Virus record (IMG/VR): IMGVR_UViG_3300014962_000008
Location: 1 to 58,712 of that record
Source of the DNA: a virus
Lineage: Duplodnaviria > Caudoviricetes
Strand: one strand, 5' to 3'
DNA length: 58,712 nt
Below are positions 34,557-45,100 of this stretch, one piece after another. Position 1 is the first letter of the stretch, and every line of letters begins with the position of its first letter. The notes beneath the pieces are model-generated. The model had not been told where the DNA came from. It worked only from the letters and a program-made list of their open reading frames with translations, and searched no databases. The position numbers were made by a program, and so were the translations under genes.

Positions 34557-36553
34557 TGGCCACTCTCTGGCTCGATCTCGAAACGTACAGCACCATCCCG
34601 ATCAAGAACGGCGCACACAAGTACGCCGAGGGCGCCGAGGTGCTCCTCGTTGCGTGGGCATGGGACGACGAGCCCGTGGTCGTGTGGGACTGCACAGAAG
34701 GCGTGTGGGATACCTTCGCGCACGGCTTGCAGAAGGCGGTTGATCAGGCGGAGAGCGTGGTCATCCACAACAGCGCTTTTGACCGCACGGTGTTGCGTCA
34801 CTGCGGCGTAAATATACCTGTGGAAAAAGTTGATGACACCATGATCACCGCTCTGGCGCACAGTTTGCCGGGTTCTCTGGGCCAGCTCTGTGACGTTCTG
34901 GGCGTGCCGCAAGATAAGTCTAAGGACAAAGCCGGTAGACGGTATATACAGTTGTTCACGAAGCCGTGTCCGAGGAACTGGAAGATACGGCGAGCAACGA
35001 GGGAGACACACCCTGATGAGTGGAACGCCTTCATCGAATACGCCCGCCTCGATGTGGACGCAATGCGAAACATACATCGACGCCTGCCTCATTGGAACAA
35101 TACACACGGTGAGCGGCACCTTTGGCGACTCGACCAGAGAATTAATGACCGTGGTGTGTCCGTCGATCTGGACTTCGCCCAATGCGCAATCGGAGCTTTT
35201 TCACGAGCTACGCGATCTCTGGCCACTCGTGCAGCCGCTCTGACGGGCGGTATTGTCTCCTCAACAACGCAGCGGCAGAAGTTCATTGACTACCTGCGCG
35301 ACGTGCGCGGCTTCGAGGCCGATGACCTGACCAAGGGCACCGTGGAGGGCTTGCTCAAGGGCGAGCTTGACCCGAAGGTGCGCGAGCTGCTGGAGATCCG
35401 GCAGCAGGCCGCAGCGACCAGCCCGGCCAAGTACAAGGTGCTGATCGAGGCGACATCGCGCGACGGACGCCTGCGCGGCACGATCCAGTTCTGCGGTGCC
35501 GCGCGCACCGGGCGCGATGCGGGGCGGATATTCCAGCCGCAGAACCTGCCCCGCTCGCCTGACTGGTTCGACGGCGAGGTGCAGGAAACCACGATCGAGG
35601 CCATCAAGCACGACTGCGAAGACATCATTTATGAGAACGTCAGCGAACGCTGCGCCTTCGCGGTGCGCGGGACGCTGCTGGCCGCGCCCGGCAAGAAGCT
35701 TGTCATTGCCGACTTGTCGAACATCGAAGGCCGCGTGCTGGCGTGGCTGGCGGGTGAGGATTGGAAGATCGAAGCCTTCAAGGAATACGACAAGGGCGTT
35801 GGGCCTGACCTCTACAAGGTGACCGCCGGGCGCATCTTGAACAAAGATCCGTTCGAAGTTACCAAGACCGAGCGACAGAACCAAGGCAAGGTTCCCGAAC
35901 TAGCGGGGGGCTACGGGGGCGGGCTGGGTGCGTACCGCAAGATGGGTGGAGACACCTTCAACGCCATGGACGATGACACGATCGGGGGGATCGTGCAGGC
36001 ATGGCGCGCGGCGCACCCAGCCACAAAACGCCTGTGGTATGATGTCGAGGGCGCCGTTCGCTCCGCCGTCCGTGAGCCGGGTGAGAGCTTTGAAGTGCGC
36101 GCCCTGCTGCGCGTCGACACGGCCAAGGGCCCGGACAACGTGGACTACGTCCGCATCCGCCTGCCGAGCGGTCGCTACCTGTGCTACCGCAACATGCACA
36201 TCACCTCCGGCGACGATGAGTTCGGCGGCAAGGTGGCGGGGCAACTCGTCTACGAGGGCGTCAACCAGTTCACGCGCAAGTGGGAGCTGCTGGAGACCTA
36301 TTACGGCAAGCTGGTCGAGAACATCGTGCAGGCCATCGCCCGGGACGTGTTCATGTCCGGCATGCGCCGCGCCGAAGAGGCTGGCTATTGCGTCGTCCTG
36401 CGCGTGCATGACGAACTGGTCTGCGAAGTGCCAGACGATCCGTCATACACGCACGAGCAACTGGCCGAGATGATGGCCACGAACCCTAGCTGGTCACTTG
36501 GCCTGCCGCTGGCAGCGGCTGGCTTCGAAAGCTACCGATACAGAAAAGAATGA
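34556..36553 (+). CDS. Family A DNA polymerase (APSE-like) with 3'-5' exonuclease
   Basis: Exonuclease DLET and HNSAFD; RTGR; motif A ADLSNIEGR; motif B R..QGKVPELAGGYG; motif C VHDE. Confidence 0.95.
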   Translation: MATLWLDLETYSTIPIKNGAHKYAEGAEVLLVAWAWDDEPVVVWDCTEGVWDTFAHGLQKAVDQAESVVIHNSAFDRTVLRHCGVNIPVEKVDDTMITALAHSLPGSLGQLCDVLGVPQDKSKDKAGRRYIQLFTKPCPRNWKIRRATRETHPDEWNAFIEYARLDVDAMRNIHRRLPHWNNTHGERHLWRLDQRINDRGVSVDLDFAQCAIGAFSRATRSLATRAAALTGGIVSSTTQRQKFIDYLRDVRGFEADDLTKGTVEGLLKGELDPKVRELLEIRQQAAATSPAKYKVLIEATSRDGRLRGTIQFCGAARTGRDAGRIFQPQNLPRSPDWFDGEVQETTIEAIKHDCEDIIYENVSERCAFAVRGTLLAAPGKKLVIADLSNIEGRVLAWLAGEDWKIEAFKEYDKGVGPDLYKVTAGRILNKDPFEVTKTERQNQGKVPELAGGYGGGLGAYRKMGGDTFNAMDDDTIGGIVQAWRAAHPATKRLWYDVEGAVRSAVREPGESFEVRALLRVDTAKGPDNVDYVRIRLPSGRYLCYRNMHITSGDDEFGGKVAGQLVYEGVNQFTRKWELLETYYGKLVENIVQAIARDVFMSGMRRAEEAGYCVVLRVHDELVCEVPDDPSYTHEQLAEMMATNPSWSLGLPLAAAGFESYRYRKE

Positions 36554-36563
36554 GCAATCTCAT

Positions 36564-36761
36564 ATGCTTACGCAATTAAACCCTTCTCTACCCCTCGACA
36601 CGCCCAAGGGCGCGGGTTACGCTGTGGCCGTCATTGACTACGGTCTGGAGCATAGCCTGCTATGGGTAGTCGCGCTAAACGATACCGGCGAGATATGGTG
36701 CGTCCCGAACAGCGAGGTGAGGATGCAGAAAAACTGGTCCGCAGGACGGCGCGGGGAATGA
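36564..36761 (+). CDS. Conserved small phage protein
   Basis: MLTQLNPSLPLDTPKG..AVIDYG..TGEIW. Confidence 0.7.
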   Translation: MLTQLNPSLPLDTPKGAGYAVAVIDYGLEHSLLWVVALNDTGEIWCVPNSEVRMQKNWSAGRRGE

Positions 36762-37051
36762 CCCCGGCAGGCAAGCTGCAGGGGCACCTGCGCAAGCTGG
36801 TGCAGGGCAGCGGGGGTCAGTACCGCAAGATCCGCTACGAGGGGCGCAGGGGCTGCCCAGACTGCCTGATATGGTGGGACTGGCCTGCCCTCGCCTTTGT
36901 CGAGATCAAGGCGGAGGGTGACCGCTACAGCAAGCTGCAGGAGCGTGAGATTGAGCGCATGCGCGCGGCGAATATCCCCGTATTCACCGCAAGGACTGCG
37001 GAGGATGTGGAAAAAATCGTTGACCTAGTTAAAAAGGGGGTTGCAACCTGA
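36758..37051 (+). CDS. VRR-NUC domain nuclease
   Basis: GRRGCPDCLI...FVEIKA...SKLQ. Confidence 0.85.
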   Translation: MTPAGKLQGHLRKLVQGSGGQYRKIRYEGRRGCPDCLIWWDWPALAFVEIKAEGDRYSKLQEREIERMRAANIPVFTARTAEDVEKIVDLVKKGVAT

Positions 37052-37097
37052 CATTGCAAGTGCTATAAGGGCGCATCAGCAACGAAGGAGTAACCAA
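37031..37097 (+). promoter_or_regulatory. Promoter and conserved leader 6
   Basis: gggggTTGCAA 37041, TTGCAA 37054, TGcTATAAG at 17-nt spacing, ATCAGCAACGAAGGAGTA 37075-37092. Confidence 0.8.
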
Positions 37098-37259
37098 ATG
37101 TCCAAGACCCAAGCAGAACTGAAGGCCATTGCCTACTCGCTGGCCGACGAGATCGAGACCCGCGCTGCGCCCCGCATCAAGGCTGGGCTGAGCCGCGAGA
37201 AGGCCCTGATGCTGACTATCATGGAGCTGGGCGGCAAGATCACGATCGTGAAAGGGTAG
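37098..37259 (+). CDS. Hypothetical protein (53 aa)
   Basis: ATG 37098 after AAGGAG. Confidence 0.75.
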   Translation: MSKTQAELKAIAYSLADEIETRAAPRIKAGLSREKALMLTIMELGGKITIVKG

Positions 37260-37262
37260 GAC

Positions 37263-38000
37263 ATGGCTCGGACAATTTGCTGGTTTAGCTGCGGCGCTGC
37301 CAGCGCCGTTGCTACCAAGCTGACGTTAAAAGATACGCCAGACGCTATCATTGCATACTGCGAAACCGGCGCTGAACATCTCGACAACGAGCGTTTTTTG
37401 CGCGACTGCGAAGAATGGTTTGGCAAAGAGGTTACGCGCATCCGGTCGGAGCAATACGCCTCTACTTGGGAAGTGTGGGAGAAGCGACGCTATCTGGCGG
37501 GGATTAACGGCGCGCCTTGCACCAGCGAATTGAAGTTTATTCCTAGGCTTAACTTTCAGCTTCCCAGCGACATTCATGTGTTTGGCTACACCAACGACAA
37601 AGCGGACGTGAACCGCGCCAAGCGCATGGTGGAGACATACCCGGAGATGAAGCAGCGGCACCCGTTAATAGACTACAAGCTGGATAAACGGGCTTGTTTG
37701 GCAATGGTTATGAACGCCGGAATTGAAGCGCCGGTAATGTACTCGTTGGGGTTCCAGAACAACAATTGCATCCCCTGCGTAAAGGCTACCAGCCCCTCTT
37801 ACTGGGCGTTGGTTCGGAAACAATTTCCAGAGGAGTTCAAGCGTATGTCAGATTTGTCCCGCGCGCTTGGTGCGCGGCTGACGCGCATTAAAGGCGATCG
37901 CGCTTTTATTGATGAGATACCGGCAGACCAGCCCACGACCGATCCAATTGCACCGGCGTGCGATTTTCTCTGCCAGTTCGCGGAGAGCGAATTAGACTAA
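37263..38000 (+). CDS. PAPS-reductase-like (adenine nucleotide alpha-hydrolase) protein
   Basis: PP-loop-like WFSCGAASA; APCT..LK; NNNCIPCVKA; ACDFLC. Confidence 0.75.
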   Translation: MARTICWFSCGAASAVATKLTLKDTPDAIIAYCETGAEHLDNERFLRDCEEWFGKEVTRIRSEQYASTWEVWEKRRYLAGINGAPCTSELKFIPRLNFQLPSDIHVFGYTNDKADVNRAKRMVETYPEMKQRHPLIDYKLDKRACLAMVMNAGIEAPVMYSLGFQNNNCIPCVKATSPSYWALVRKQFPEEFKRMSDLSRALGARLTRIKGDRAFIDEIPADQPTTDPIAPACDFLCQFAESELD

Positions 38001-39364
38001 TGACTTTCAAGCCCCACCCATATCAAGAGGAGGCCATGGCGCACCTGTACAAGGTGCGCCGCAGCGCCCTGTGGATGCCGATGGGCGGCGGCAAGACTGT
38101 CACCACCCTGACGGCCCTCGACAACCTGAGCATGGTCGAGGACGTATTCCCCGCGCTGGTACTGGCACCGCTGCGCGTCGCCCGATCGACGTGGCCCGAG
38201 GAAGTCAAGAAGTGGCCGCACCTCTCGCACCTCCGGGTCAGTGTCATCACCGGCACGCCGAAGCAGCGCGAGCGGGCGCTGGCCGAGGAGGCGGACATTT
38301 ATTGCACTAACTACGACAACCTCGTGTGGCTCCGCAACGCGCTGGGCAACGAGTGGCCCTTCAAGACGGTCGTGGCGGACGAGTTCACGCGCCTGAAGTC
38401 CTTCCGCATCTGGCAGGGCGGCTCCAGAGCGCGTGCGCTTGGTCAGGTGGCCCACACCCACGTCAAGCGCTTCATCGGGCTGACTGGCACGCCCGCACCG
38501 AACGGCGTCAAGGATCTCTGGGGCCAGATATGGTTCCTCGATCAGGGCGAGCGGCTGGGGCGCACGTTCAGCGCCTTCGAGCAGCGCTGGTTCCGCAAGG
38601 GCTACGACGGCTACAGTCTCGTGCCGTATGAGCACACGCAGAAGGAGGTCGAGGACAAGCTGCGTGACATCTGCCTGACCGTTCAGGGCTTGCAGGTGGA
38701 CGAGCCGATCACCAGCCCAATCTACGTTGACCTGCCGCCCGCGGCGCGCAAGGTGTACGACGAAATGGAGAAGGAGATGTTCGCCGTCATCAACGATGAG
38801 GGCGTCGAGGCGGCCAACGCGGCGGTGAGGACACAGAAGTGCTTGCAGCTTGCCAACGGCGCGCTGTACGTTGACGAGGACGGGAACTGGGAGGCCGCCC
38901 ACGATGCAAAGCTGGACGCGCTGGAAAGCATCATTGAAGAGGCGAATGGTGCTCCGGTGCTGGTGGCCTACAATTTCAAGCACGATCTGGAGCGGCTACG
39001 GCGTCGTTTCCCTAAAGGCCGGGTCTTGGACGCTGACCCTGACACGATCAAACAGTGGAACGCGGGACGGATTTCGGTCTTATTCGCTCACCCTGCGTCA
39101 GCAGGCCACGGCCTCAACCTCGCCGACGGAGGAAACATCCTCGCATTCTTCGGAGTAAACTGGAACCTCGAGGAGCACATGCAGATCATCGAACGTATCG
39201 GGCCCATGCGCCAGAAGCAGGCAGGCTATGATCGCCCAGTGTTTGTTTACCCCATCCTCGCCCGCAAGACGGTCGACGGTCTGGTCATGGACAGACTGTC
39301 GTCGAAGAAGAGCGTGCAGGAAATCTTGTTGGAAGCGCTGAAGCGCCGGAAAGGAACGAAGTGA
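38000..39364 (+). CDS. SNF2-family helicase
   Basis: MGGGKT, ADEF, LTGTP, HPASAGHGLNL, QIIERI. Confidence 0.92.
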   Translation: MTFKPHPYQEEAMAHLYKVRRSALWMPMGGGKTVTTLTALDNLSMVEDVFPALVLAPLRVARSTWPEEVKKWPHLSHLRVSVITGTPKQRERALAEEADIYCTNYDNLVWLRNALGNEWPFKTVVADEFTRLKSFRIWQGGSRARALGQVAHTHVKRFIGLTGTPAPNGVKDLWGQIWFLDQGERLGRTFSAFEQRWFRKGYDGYSLVPYEHTQKEVEDKLRDICLTVQGLQVDEPITSPIYVDLPPAARKVYDEMEKEMFAVINDEGVEAANAAVRTQKCLQLANGALYVDEDGNWEAAHDAKLDALESIIEEANGAPVLVAYNFKHDLERLRRRFPKGRVLDADPDTIKQWNAGRISVLFAHPASAGHGLNLADGGNILAFFGVNWNLEEHMQIIERIGPMRQKQAGYDRPVFVYPILARKTVDGLVMDRLSSKKSVQEILLEALKRRKGTK

Positions 39365-39804
39365 CCCACACCTACATTTGCCGGACGTGCGGCATCGAAC
39401 ACGACACGATCCCCAAGGCCATGGCCTGTTTCGACGCGCACGAGGAGGAAGCCGTTGGCCAGTTCATCGAGGCGGCGGCGGACGAGGTACTGCTTGAAGT
39501 ATCGCCGCCGGATGTCGAAGTGCCCCTCGCCGAGGCCCCTGAGCTGCTGGGCCGCGCAGCGCGTCACATGCACGACCGCTCCAATGTCTATGACAAGCCG
39601 GAGGGCGAGCGGTCTATGGGCCGCGCCGTGCAGGCCTTCAATGCCATCACCGGGCACAACCTGACCGAGAGCGAAGGCTGGCTATTGCTGCAGGTGCTCA
39701 AGGACGTGCGCCTGTTCACTCGGTCGGAGTACCATCCGGACAGCGCCGAAGATTGTATTGCTTACGCGGCGCTGAAGGCCGAGGCCAAGAGTAAGGGGCT
39801 GTGA
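39361..39804 (+). CDS. Conserved phage protein (DUF6378-like, possible nucleotide hydrolase)
   Basis: R...YD...GERSM...LK.VR...DSAEDCIAYAAL. Confidence 0.7.
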   Translation: MTHTYICRTCGIEHDTIPKAMACFDAHEEEAVGQFIEAAADEVLLEVSPPDVEVPLAEAPELLGRAARHMHDRSNVYDKPEGERSMGRAVQAFNAITGHNLTESEGWLLLQVLKDVRLFTRSEYHPDSAEDCIAYAALKAEAKSKGL

Positions 39805-39805
39805 G

Positions 39806-39973
39806 ATGACACACGAAGACGCTGTAAACGCAGCGCTGTCCGACATGGGCCTCCCCCGCACACGGGAGAATTATCTGTACGTGTTGTTTGGTGGAGAGCC
39901 GCTGCCGGAAGAATGGGGGCCGGAGGACGAAGCGCGTAACTTGCCCGCCGACCTCCGCGCTCCGTTTACTTAA
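39806..39973 (+). CDS. Small acidic hypothetical protein (55 aa)
   Basis: Read manually: MTHEDAVNAALSDMGLPRTRENYLYVLF...; overlaps the convergent gene by 8 nt. Confidence 0.55.
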   Translation: MTHEDAVNAALSDMGLPRTRENYLYVLFGGEPLPEEWGPEDEARNLPADLRAPFT

Positions 39974-41477
39974 CGCTGAACACGCGCTTTACCGGGCGGC
40001 CCATCAACTCCGCGATGCGGAAGCGAGCCTCGTCAGGCGAAGACGAAGTGCGCCAGATGTCGGCAACCGCATTCTTCAGCGCCTCTGTCTTGGCGTTCGA
40101 CCCCCACAAGTCTCGCACACCTTCCCAAGTGATAGACTGAACTGCGTTTCCGCGCGGGATGCCTAGCTCCTTGGCCGCAAGGTTATGAGCATCGCTGATA
40201 AGGCCGTAATAGCCCTTAGACCCAGTTGGTGCGGATGTCATGCCCATACCCATGCCGCGCGTTGCGATAGTGTCGTTCGCTCCAGCCGGGAACAAACCAG
40301 TCGCGCCGGTAGAATGGGTGTCAGCGGTGATGATGTCGCCCGCCAGATTAGGGTCAGCAATGTCGTTGTAGAACGACGGCACCTTGCCCCCACCAGTCAG
40401 CGTGCCGCGAATATTCGCCATTGAAGGATCTTGCATCATCGACAGCGCGTTGGACAAGTCGCGGCTGTTGCCCCACGTCATCGCACCGAACGTGTCGCCC
40501 AGTTCTCCGGACGGTAGGATGTTTGGCACTTGCTGTTCGAACCGCGACTTGTCGGCAAGAACAATGCGCGAGTACAGATCCATCGGGTCTGTGAGTTCAC
40601 CAAAGTCGCTACGAGCGATGCGGTCCACGTAATCAAGTCCGCGACGTACCGGGGCGAGTTGCTTTGTTGGATCGGAAAGCGACGTCTGCTGCGCAAGGAA
40701 GGCGCGCAAACCAGAAGGATCGACGGCGAAGTCATCCCCCATCATTTGCGACATGCGGTCGATACGGGCCACGTTTACAGGCCACGGGGTTTGCGGAGAG
40801 GTGGCGGCAAGACCAGCCCACCCTGCTTCTGGCGCTTTATTGATGCGCGCGGCGAAGTCACGACCAAGCCGGTTTGCTGTCGGATACCATTCCATGGACG
40901 CAGTGGCAGTTTCCGGGTCCATTAAGTCTTCAGCGATGAACTTCAGGTTGTCAGCACCTCGGCGAACACCTTCCTCGTAAATCGCGTCCGGAGACATCCC
41001 CTTCATGTCAGCCATGAAAGGCTCATCGGTCAGCAAATCCATAGAGCGGGCGAACGCCTTGGGGTTCAGCTTCATGCCTTCGCCGGTCTGCGTAAGCAGC
41101 ACTTCGTCCGGGTTCCCAAAAACAGCAAAGTTCTTTTCGTTCGGGCGGCGCGTACTAATCAAGCTGGTGCCTTCCAGCGGCATAGCCCCGAGGTTGCTAA
41201 CTTCAGGTGTCGGTTTAGCCGCGAGGCTTGATTGTTCTTTTTTCTTGGCGGGGGCCTTTGCTTTTGACTTGGGCGCCGATGTTTCCGGCGCAGTTGCTGC
41301 GGGCTTCCCGCCCGTTGGTTTAGCAGCCAGCGGCTTGGCCTGTTCGACCTTGGGCGTGCGCTTCTCACTACGCTGCGCCGTTCGGGTGACCTTGCCCCCG
41401 AGGGCGGGTATGTCGAGGCCGGTGGCGTCCTCCACACCTCGCACAAAGACTTCAAGCTTGTTTGGTCTCTTTGCCAC
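39966..41477 (-). CDS. Late protein with basic N-terminus and putative HhH DNA-glycosylase-like domain
   Basis: WY, AATSPQTPW..N, KVPSFY, DTH and QSITW motif series; family assignment from memory. Confidence 0.6.
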   Translation of the reverse strand: MAKRPNKLEVFVRGVEDATGLDIPALGGKVTRTAQRSEKRTPKVEQAKPLAAKPTGGKPAATAPETSAPKSKAKAPAKKKEQSSLAAKPTPEVSNLGAMPLEGTSLISTRRPNEKNFAVFGNPDEVLLTQTGEGMKLNPKAFARSMDLLTDEPFMADMKGMSPDAIYEEGVRRGADNLKFIAEDLMDPETATASMEWYPTANRLGRDFAARINKAPEAGWAGLAATSPQTPWPVNVARIDRMSQMMGDDFAVDPSGLRAFLAQQTSLSDPTKQLAPVRRGLDYVDRIARSDFGELTDPMDLYSRIVLADKSRFEQQVPNILPSGELGDTFGAMTWGNSRDLSNALSMMQDPSMANIRGTLTGGGKVPSFYNDIADPNLAGDIITADTHSTGATGLFPAGANDTIATRGMGMGMTSAPTGSKGYYGLISDAHNLAAKELGIPRGNAVQSITWEGVRDLWGSNAKTEALKNAVADIWRTSSSPDEARFRIAELMGRPVKRVFSVK

Positions 41478-42181
41478 TACTTTGCCCTCTTCACTGCAAG
41501 GCCACCCCGACGCATAGCGGGCAGACCGCCAACCACATCTTCCTCGTTCACGATCTCGCCGTTCTCGTCAATGTAGCGGCGCACACCGTCTGTGTTCTTT
41601 GCGGCCAAGGATTTCTTTGCCTTCTTGTCCTTCAAGTATCGGCGCGTACCTGAGAGGCCCTCGGTGGCAGCACGAAAGCCGAGGGATGTGACGGCGTTCG
41701 CCAGTGCGTCGTCGCGAATTTTCTGCAAGATGTCGGACGGCGTGTCAGCCTGCCCGGCGCTGTACATCGCGCCATTGAGCACCTCGTCGCCAACGCCGAC
41801 AGCTAGGCGCCCCGGCATCGAGCCTGTGGCCGCCGTCAGCACGTTGGGGGCGTAGCGCTTCAATAGCGCTTCGAGGGGTGCGTCCAGCGCACGGGCCGCT
41901 CTAGCCACGCGCATGCCGCTGGCAGCCGCCGCGCCCTGACCACCCGGAACAAAGGAACCGACGATCCCGGGAACAAGCGATCCGCCTATAAGCGCGCCCA
42001 TTGCCATTTTGGGGTTTTCTTCCGCCCATTCCTGTGTGCGGCGTTCGATGTCCTCCTTCAGGTTGCGGTACGCGCCCTGTCGGAGGAGGTACGCGCGCAG
42101 CGCCGCCTCCGCCTCGTCGGTCGTACCGAAGGACAGGCCCTGCCCCGTTTGGCGGAGGAGGTTGGCTAGGTAGTCAGGCAC
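41477..42181 (-). CDS. Internal virion protein (ejection-protein-like)
   Basis: GTG start; QGLSFGTTDEAEA motif seen in DNA-transfer proteins. Confidence 0.65.
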   Translation of the reverse strand: MPDYLANLLRQTGQGLSFGTTDEAEAALRAYLLRQGAYRNLKEDIERRTQEWAEENPKMAMGALIGGSLVPGIVGSFVPGGQGAAAASGMRVARAARALDAPLEALLKRYAPNVLTAATGSMPGRLAVGVGDEVLNGAMYSAGQADTPSDILQKIRDDALANAVTSLGFRAATEGLSGTRRYLKDKKAKKSLAAKNTDGVRRYIDENGEIVNEEDVVGGLPAMRRGGLAVKRAK

Positions 42182-42186
42182 TTACC

Positions 42187-45100
42187 TTAGCTCCCGTAGT
42201 ACGGCGTCACAGCCTTTGCCTTTTCAGCAATTTGCTGCTTGACCACTTCCGCCGGAATTGTTTCACCCATGCGAGTGGTAACGCTGCCGTCGGGATTTAG
42301 CTTGGAGCCGCTACCGTACACCATGTCGAGCACAACGCCTTGCGACAGCGGTTGCGGTGCCACGTAGTACTCCTCGGGGCGATCACCCTCGGCCATAACA
42401 TTTACCGCCCCAAGGCCGCCAGCATAGGTGCCAAGTGCGCGCGGTGCCTGAGCGCTCTGCGCATAGTCAGCAACACTCTGCTGCGCTTTCTGCAGCGTTG
42501 ACAGCGCGCCTTCTGGCTCAAGGTTCATAAGCATCGGAGCAAGCTCCTTGGCGCGTGCGCCAGCACGGTACGGAGCGCCCAAACCAAAGGTGTCGGCCAG
42601 CCAACCGCGAACGCCCGGTTGCGCGGCGGCGTTGCGAACCAGATTGGCCGCGCTGAGTACGGGCGAGCCGGTGAGCAGCGTATCGCCGATTGCGCCCAGC
42701 AGATTGGCGCCGGTCAAGCCAGCTTCAGCCTCCGCTCGGCTTGCGGCTGGGATGGACGGCTTTACGACTTGCTCGGTCGCCAGCATGCGGCCTTCCAGCT
42801 CAGCACTCTTGGCAAAGTCCGCCGCATTGGGAGCAATCAGGTTCAGCTTCTGCTGCTGACGCTTTGTCCCCAGCAGCACGCCATACGGGTCGGTGTTCGC
42901 GCTGCGAGCGTTGTCAACAGCCGTGCGCTGCGCGGTGGCGAAGCCGCGCTGGTAGCTTTCCAACGCCCTCGCCTTGAGCGCCGCCTGTTCCGGCGTTCCT
43001 TCTGGCATGGCGTTGATCCGCGCCAGTGTGCGCTCAACGTCGGCTGGCGGCGTATTCGGGTCAAGAGCCTTAACCCCTTGCGCCAAATAGTCGCGCGGCG
43101 CGATGTACTGCGACCAAGCCGACTTGGCCGATGCGTAATCCGGGTTCAGGTAATCGAGCCGCTTGTCGAAGCGCCGCAGGAAGTTCTGCGCGTTGTCAAC
43201 AGCTGGGTTCTTCGTGTCGAGGGTCAGAGTTACCGGATCGCGGTACTGATCAACTTCGCGCTGCAGACCTTTCCGAATGTAGTGCAGGGTCTCCCACGAC
43301 GGCTTCTGGACGAGTTTAACGATGCCTTGATCATCGAGATCAAAGCCCAGCGCCTTAGGGTCTACGCCACGGCTTTCAGCATACACGTATGCTTGCTGGA
43401 GGCCTTTGCGCCCAAGCGTGGTGTCGAGCAACGCGTCGATCTTTTCATCAACCGGAGCGGGGCGGGACAGCGCCTTTTCGTAAAGCGGAGCGGCGGCGTA
43501 GTCGGCGGCACGCTCAATTTCAGCCTGCGCAGTCCGCAGGTCGTCATATGGCTGCCCGACAAACTTGGTAATGCTTTCCTTCAAGCGGTCAATCCGGTTC
43601 GCCGCACGCTCGCCAAGGGCCGCTTCAGCCTCACCAGCTATGTCCTGCGAGCGGCGCGTTGTCTGTCTCCCAAGGGTCTGAGCCGGAGTTGACACGTCAA
43701 CAAGGCCCATAGGCAGCTCAAGCCGTGCAGCCTCGCTAAGGCGCTGTTCGATCTCGTCCATCGGACCAAGTTTGCCAGAAATGGTAGTTTCGCCGTAAGT
43801 CGGCTTAGGGGCCAATTTCGGGCCGTACTTGCTGGACAGCGCGGACAAGCCGCGCCCCGTGGCTTCAAGCGCAGGGGCGAGTGCGTACCGGCCCGCCATG
43901 CTGCCGAGCGTTGACACGCCTGCGCCAGTGATAGCACCGAGCAATGGGTTATCTGGGCTTTCACCGGCGCCGGTCGTGGCTCCGTATCCAAGGTCGGCCA
44001 AGAATGCTGCGCGGGTCGGCGCAAGACCCGCCTTCATCAACCCACCCGTAAGGCCGATTGATGTCGGAATTGATCCAGCAAAGGTTCCGGCAAAGGAAGC
44101 CCCGGGCGAAGCCTCGCTGTAAATGTCCATTGAGCGCTGTTGACGCTCAGCGGCTGCCGGGTCAAAAATGCTGGTAATGTTCGGACCTTGACTAGCCAGC
44201 AACGCGTTCCCGGTCTTAGCGAGAAACGCATTGACAGGGTCATTCAGCGCCCTGACCTCTGCCATCTTCTCCGGCGTAATCGGCGTCTCCGCCGGAACAA
44301 TCAACGCACCGCTGGGCCCGCGCCCGCCTTGCCGCAGATAATTGTCGCGGTATTCAATGACGGGGCGAAGCTTGGCGCTGTCAAGCGGCGGCATGCGCAA
44401 CGCCTTAGCAAGGTCTTGAAGCTTCTGCTCATCCGCACCCTCGTCCAACGCTTGTTGGAGGATAGCTGCGTTTTTGCGATCAAGGTCCGACACGCCAAGG
44501 CCGGTCTCTTCCGGCACAGTCTTGTATTCGGGCTCGTTGATGCGTCCCGGCAAGGGGGCTGAACGATCCACGCCCGGCTCTGGCATAACAGTCAGTCCGG
44601 AAGGCGCGCTAAGCGATGGGAGTGCTGCCGGTTGTTCAGCGGGCGCCCCCTCTGGCGCCAGTTCTTGGGGCACGTCAAGGAACGTGCCTACTTCGCGAAC
44701 CCCGATATTCCGTCGCTCTTCTTCAGGCAGCGCGAGGTAGTCGCGGGCGCTTTTCGCGTTTGGTTCTACCCAATTGATGGGGGCGAACCCCATGGATTTT
44801 GCTTTGGCGTCCAAACGGCGGCGCAGGTTGTAGAGCTTCCCAAGATATGTGTAATCAAAGTCAGTCGTCGAGGGCTGGTTAGCGGCGACAAAACGCTCCG
44901 CGTCCTTGTCCGATTGTGCGCCTGCGCCCGGAACCTTGAACACAGACAGGCCGACATCTGCAAGACCTGCTCCGGTCGCGTTGATCGCGCCTTTCTCTTG
45001 CGATGGAAGATACTCAAGCGTAGACTTGATAAGGCCGCGACCAGACAGCGTCTGGTTGAACTGACGGGTCAGCAGGTTGATCGTGTTGATCGCGGCCTGC

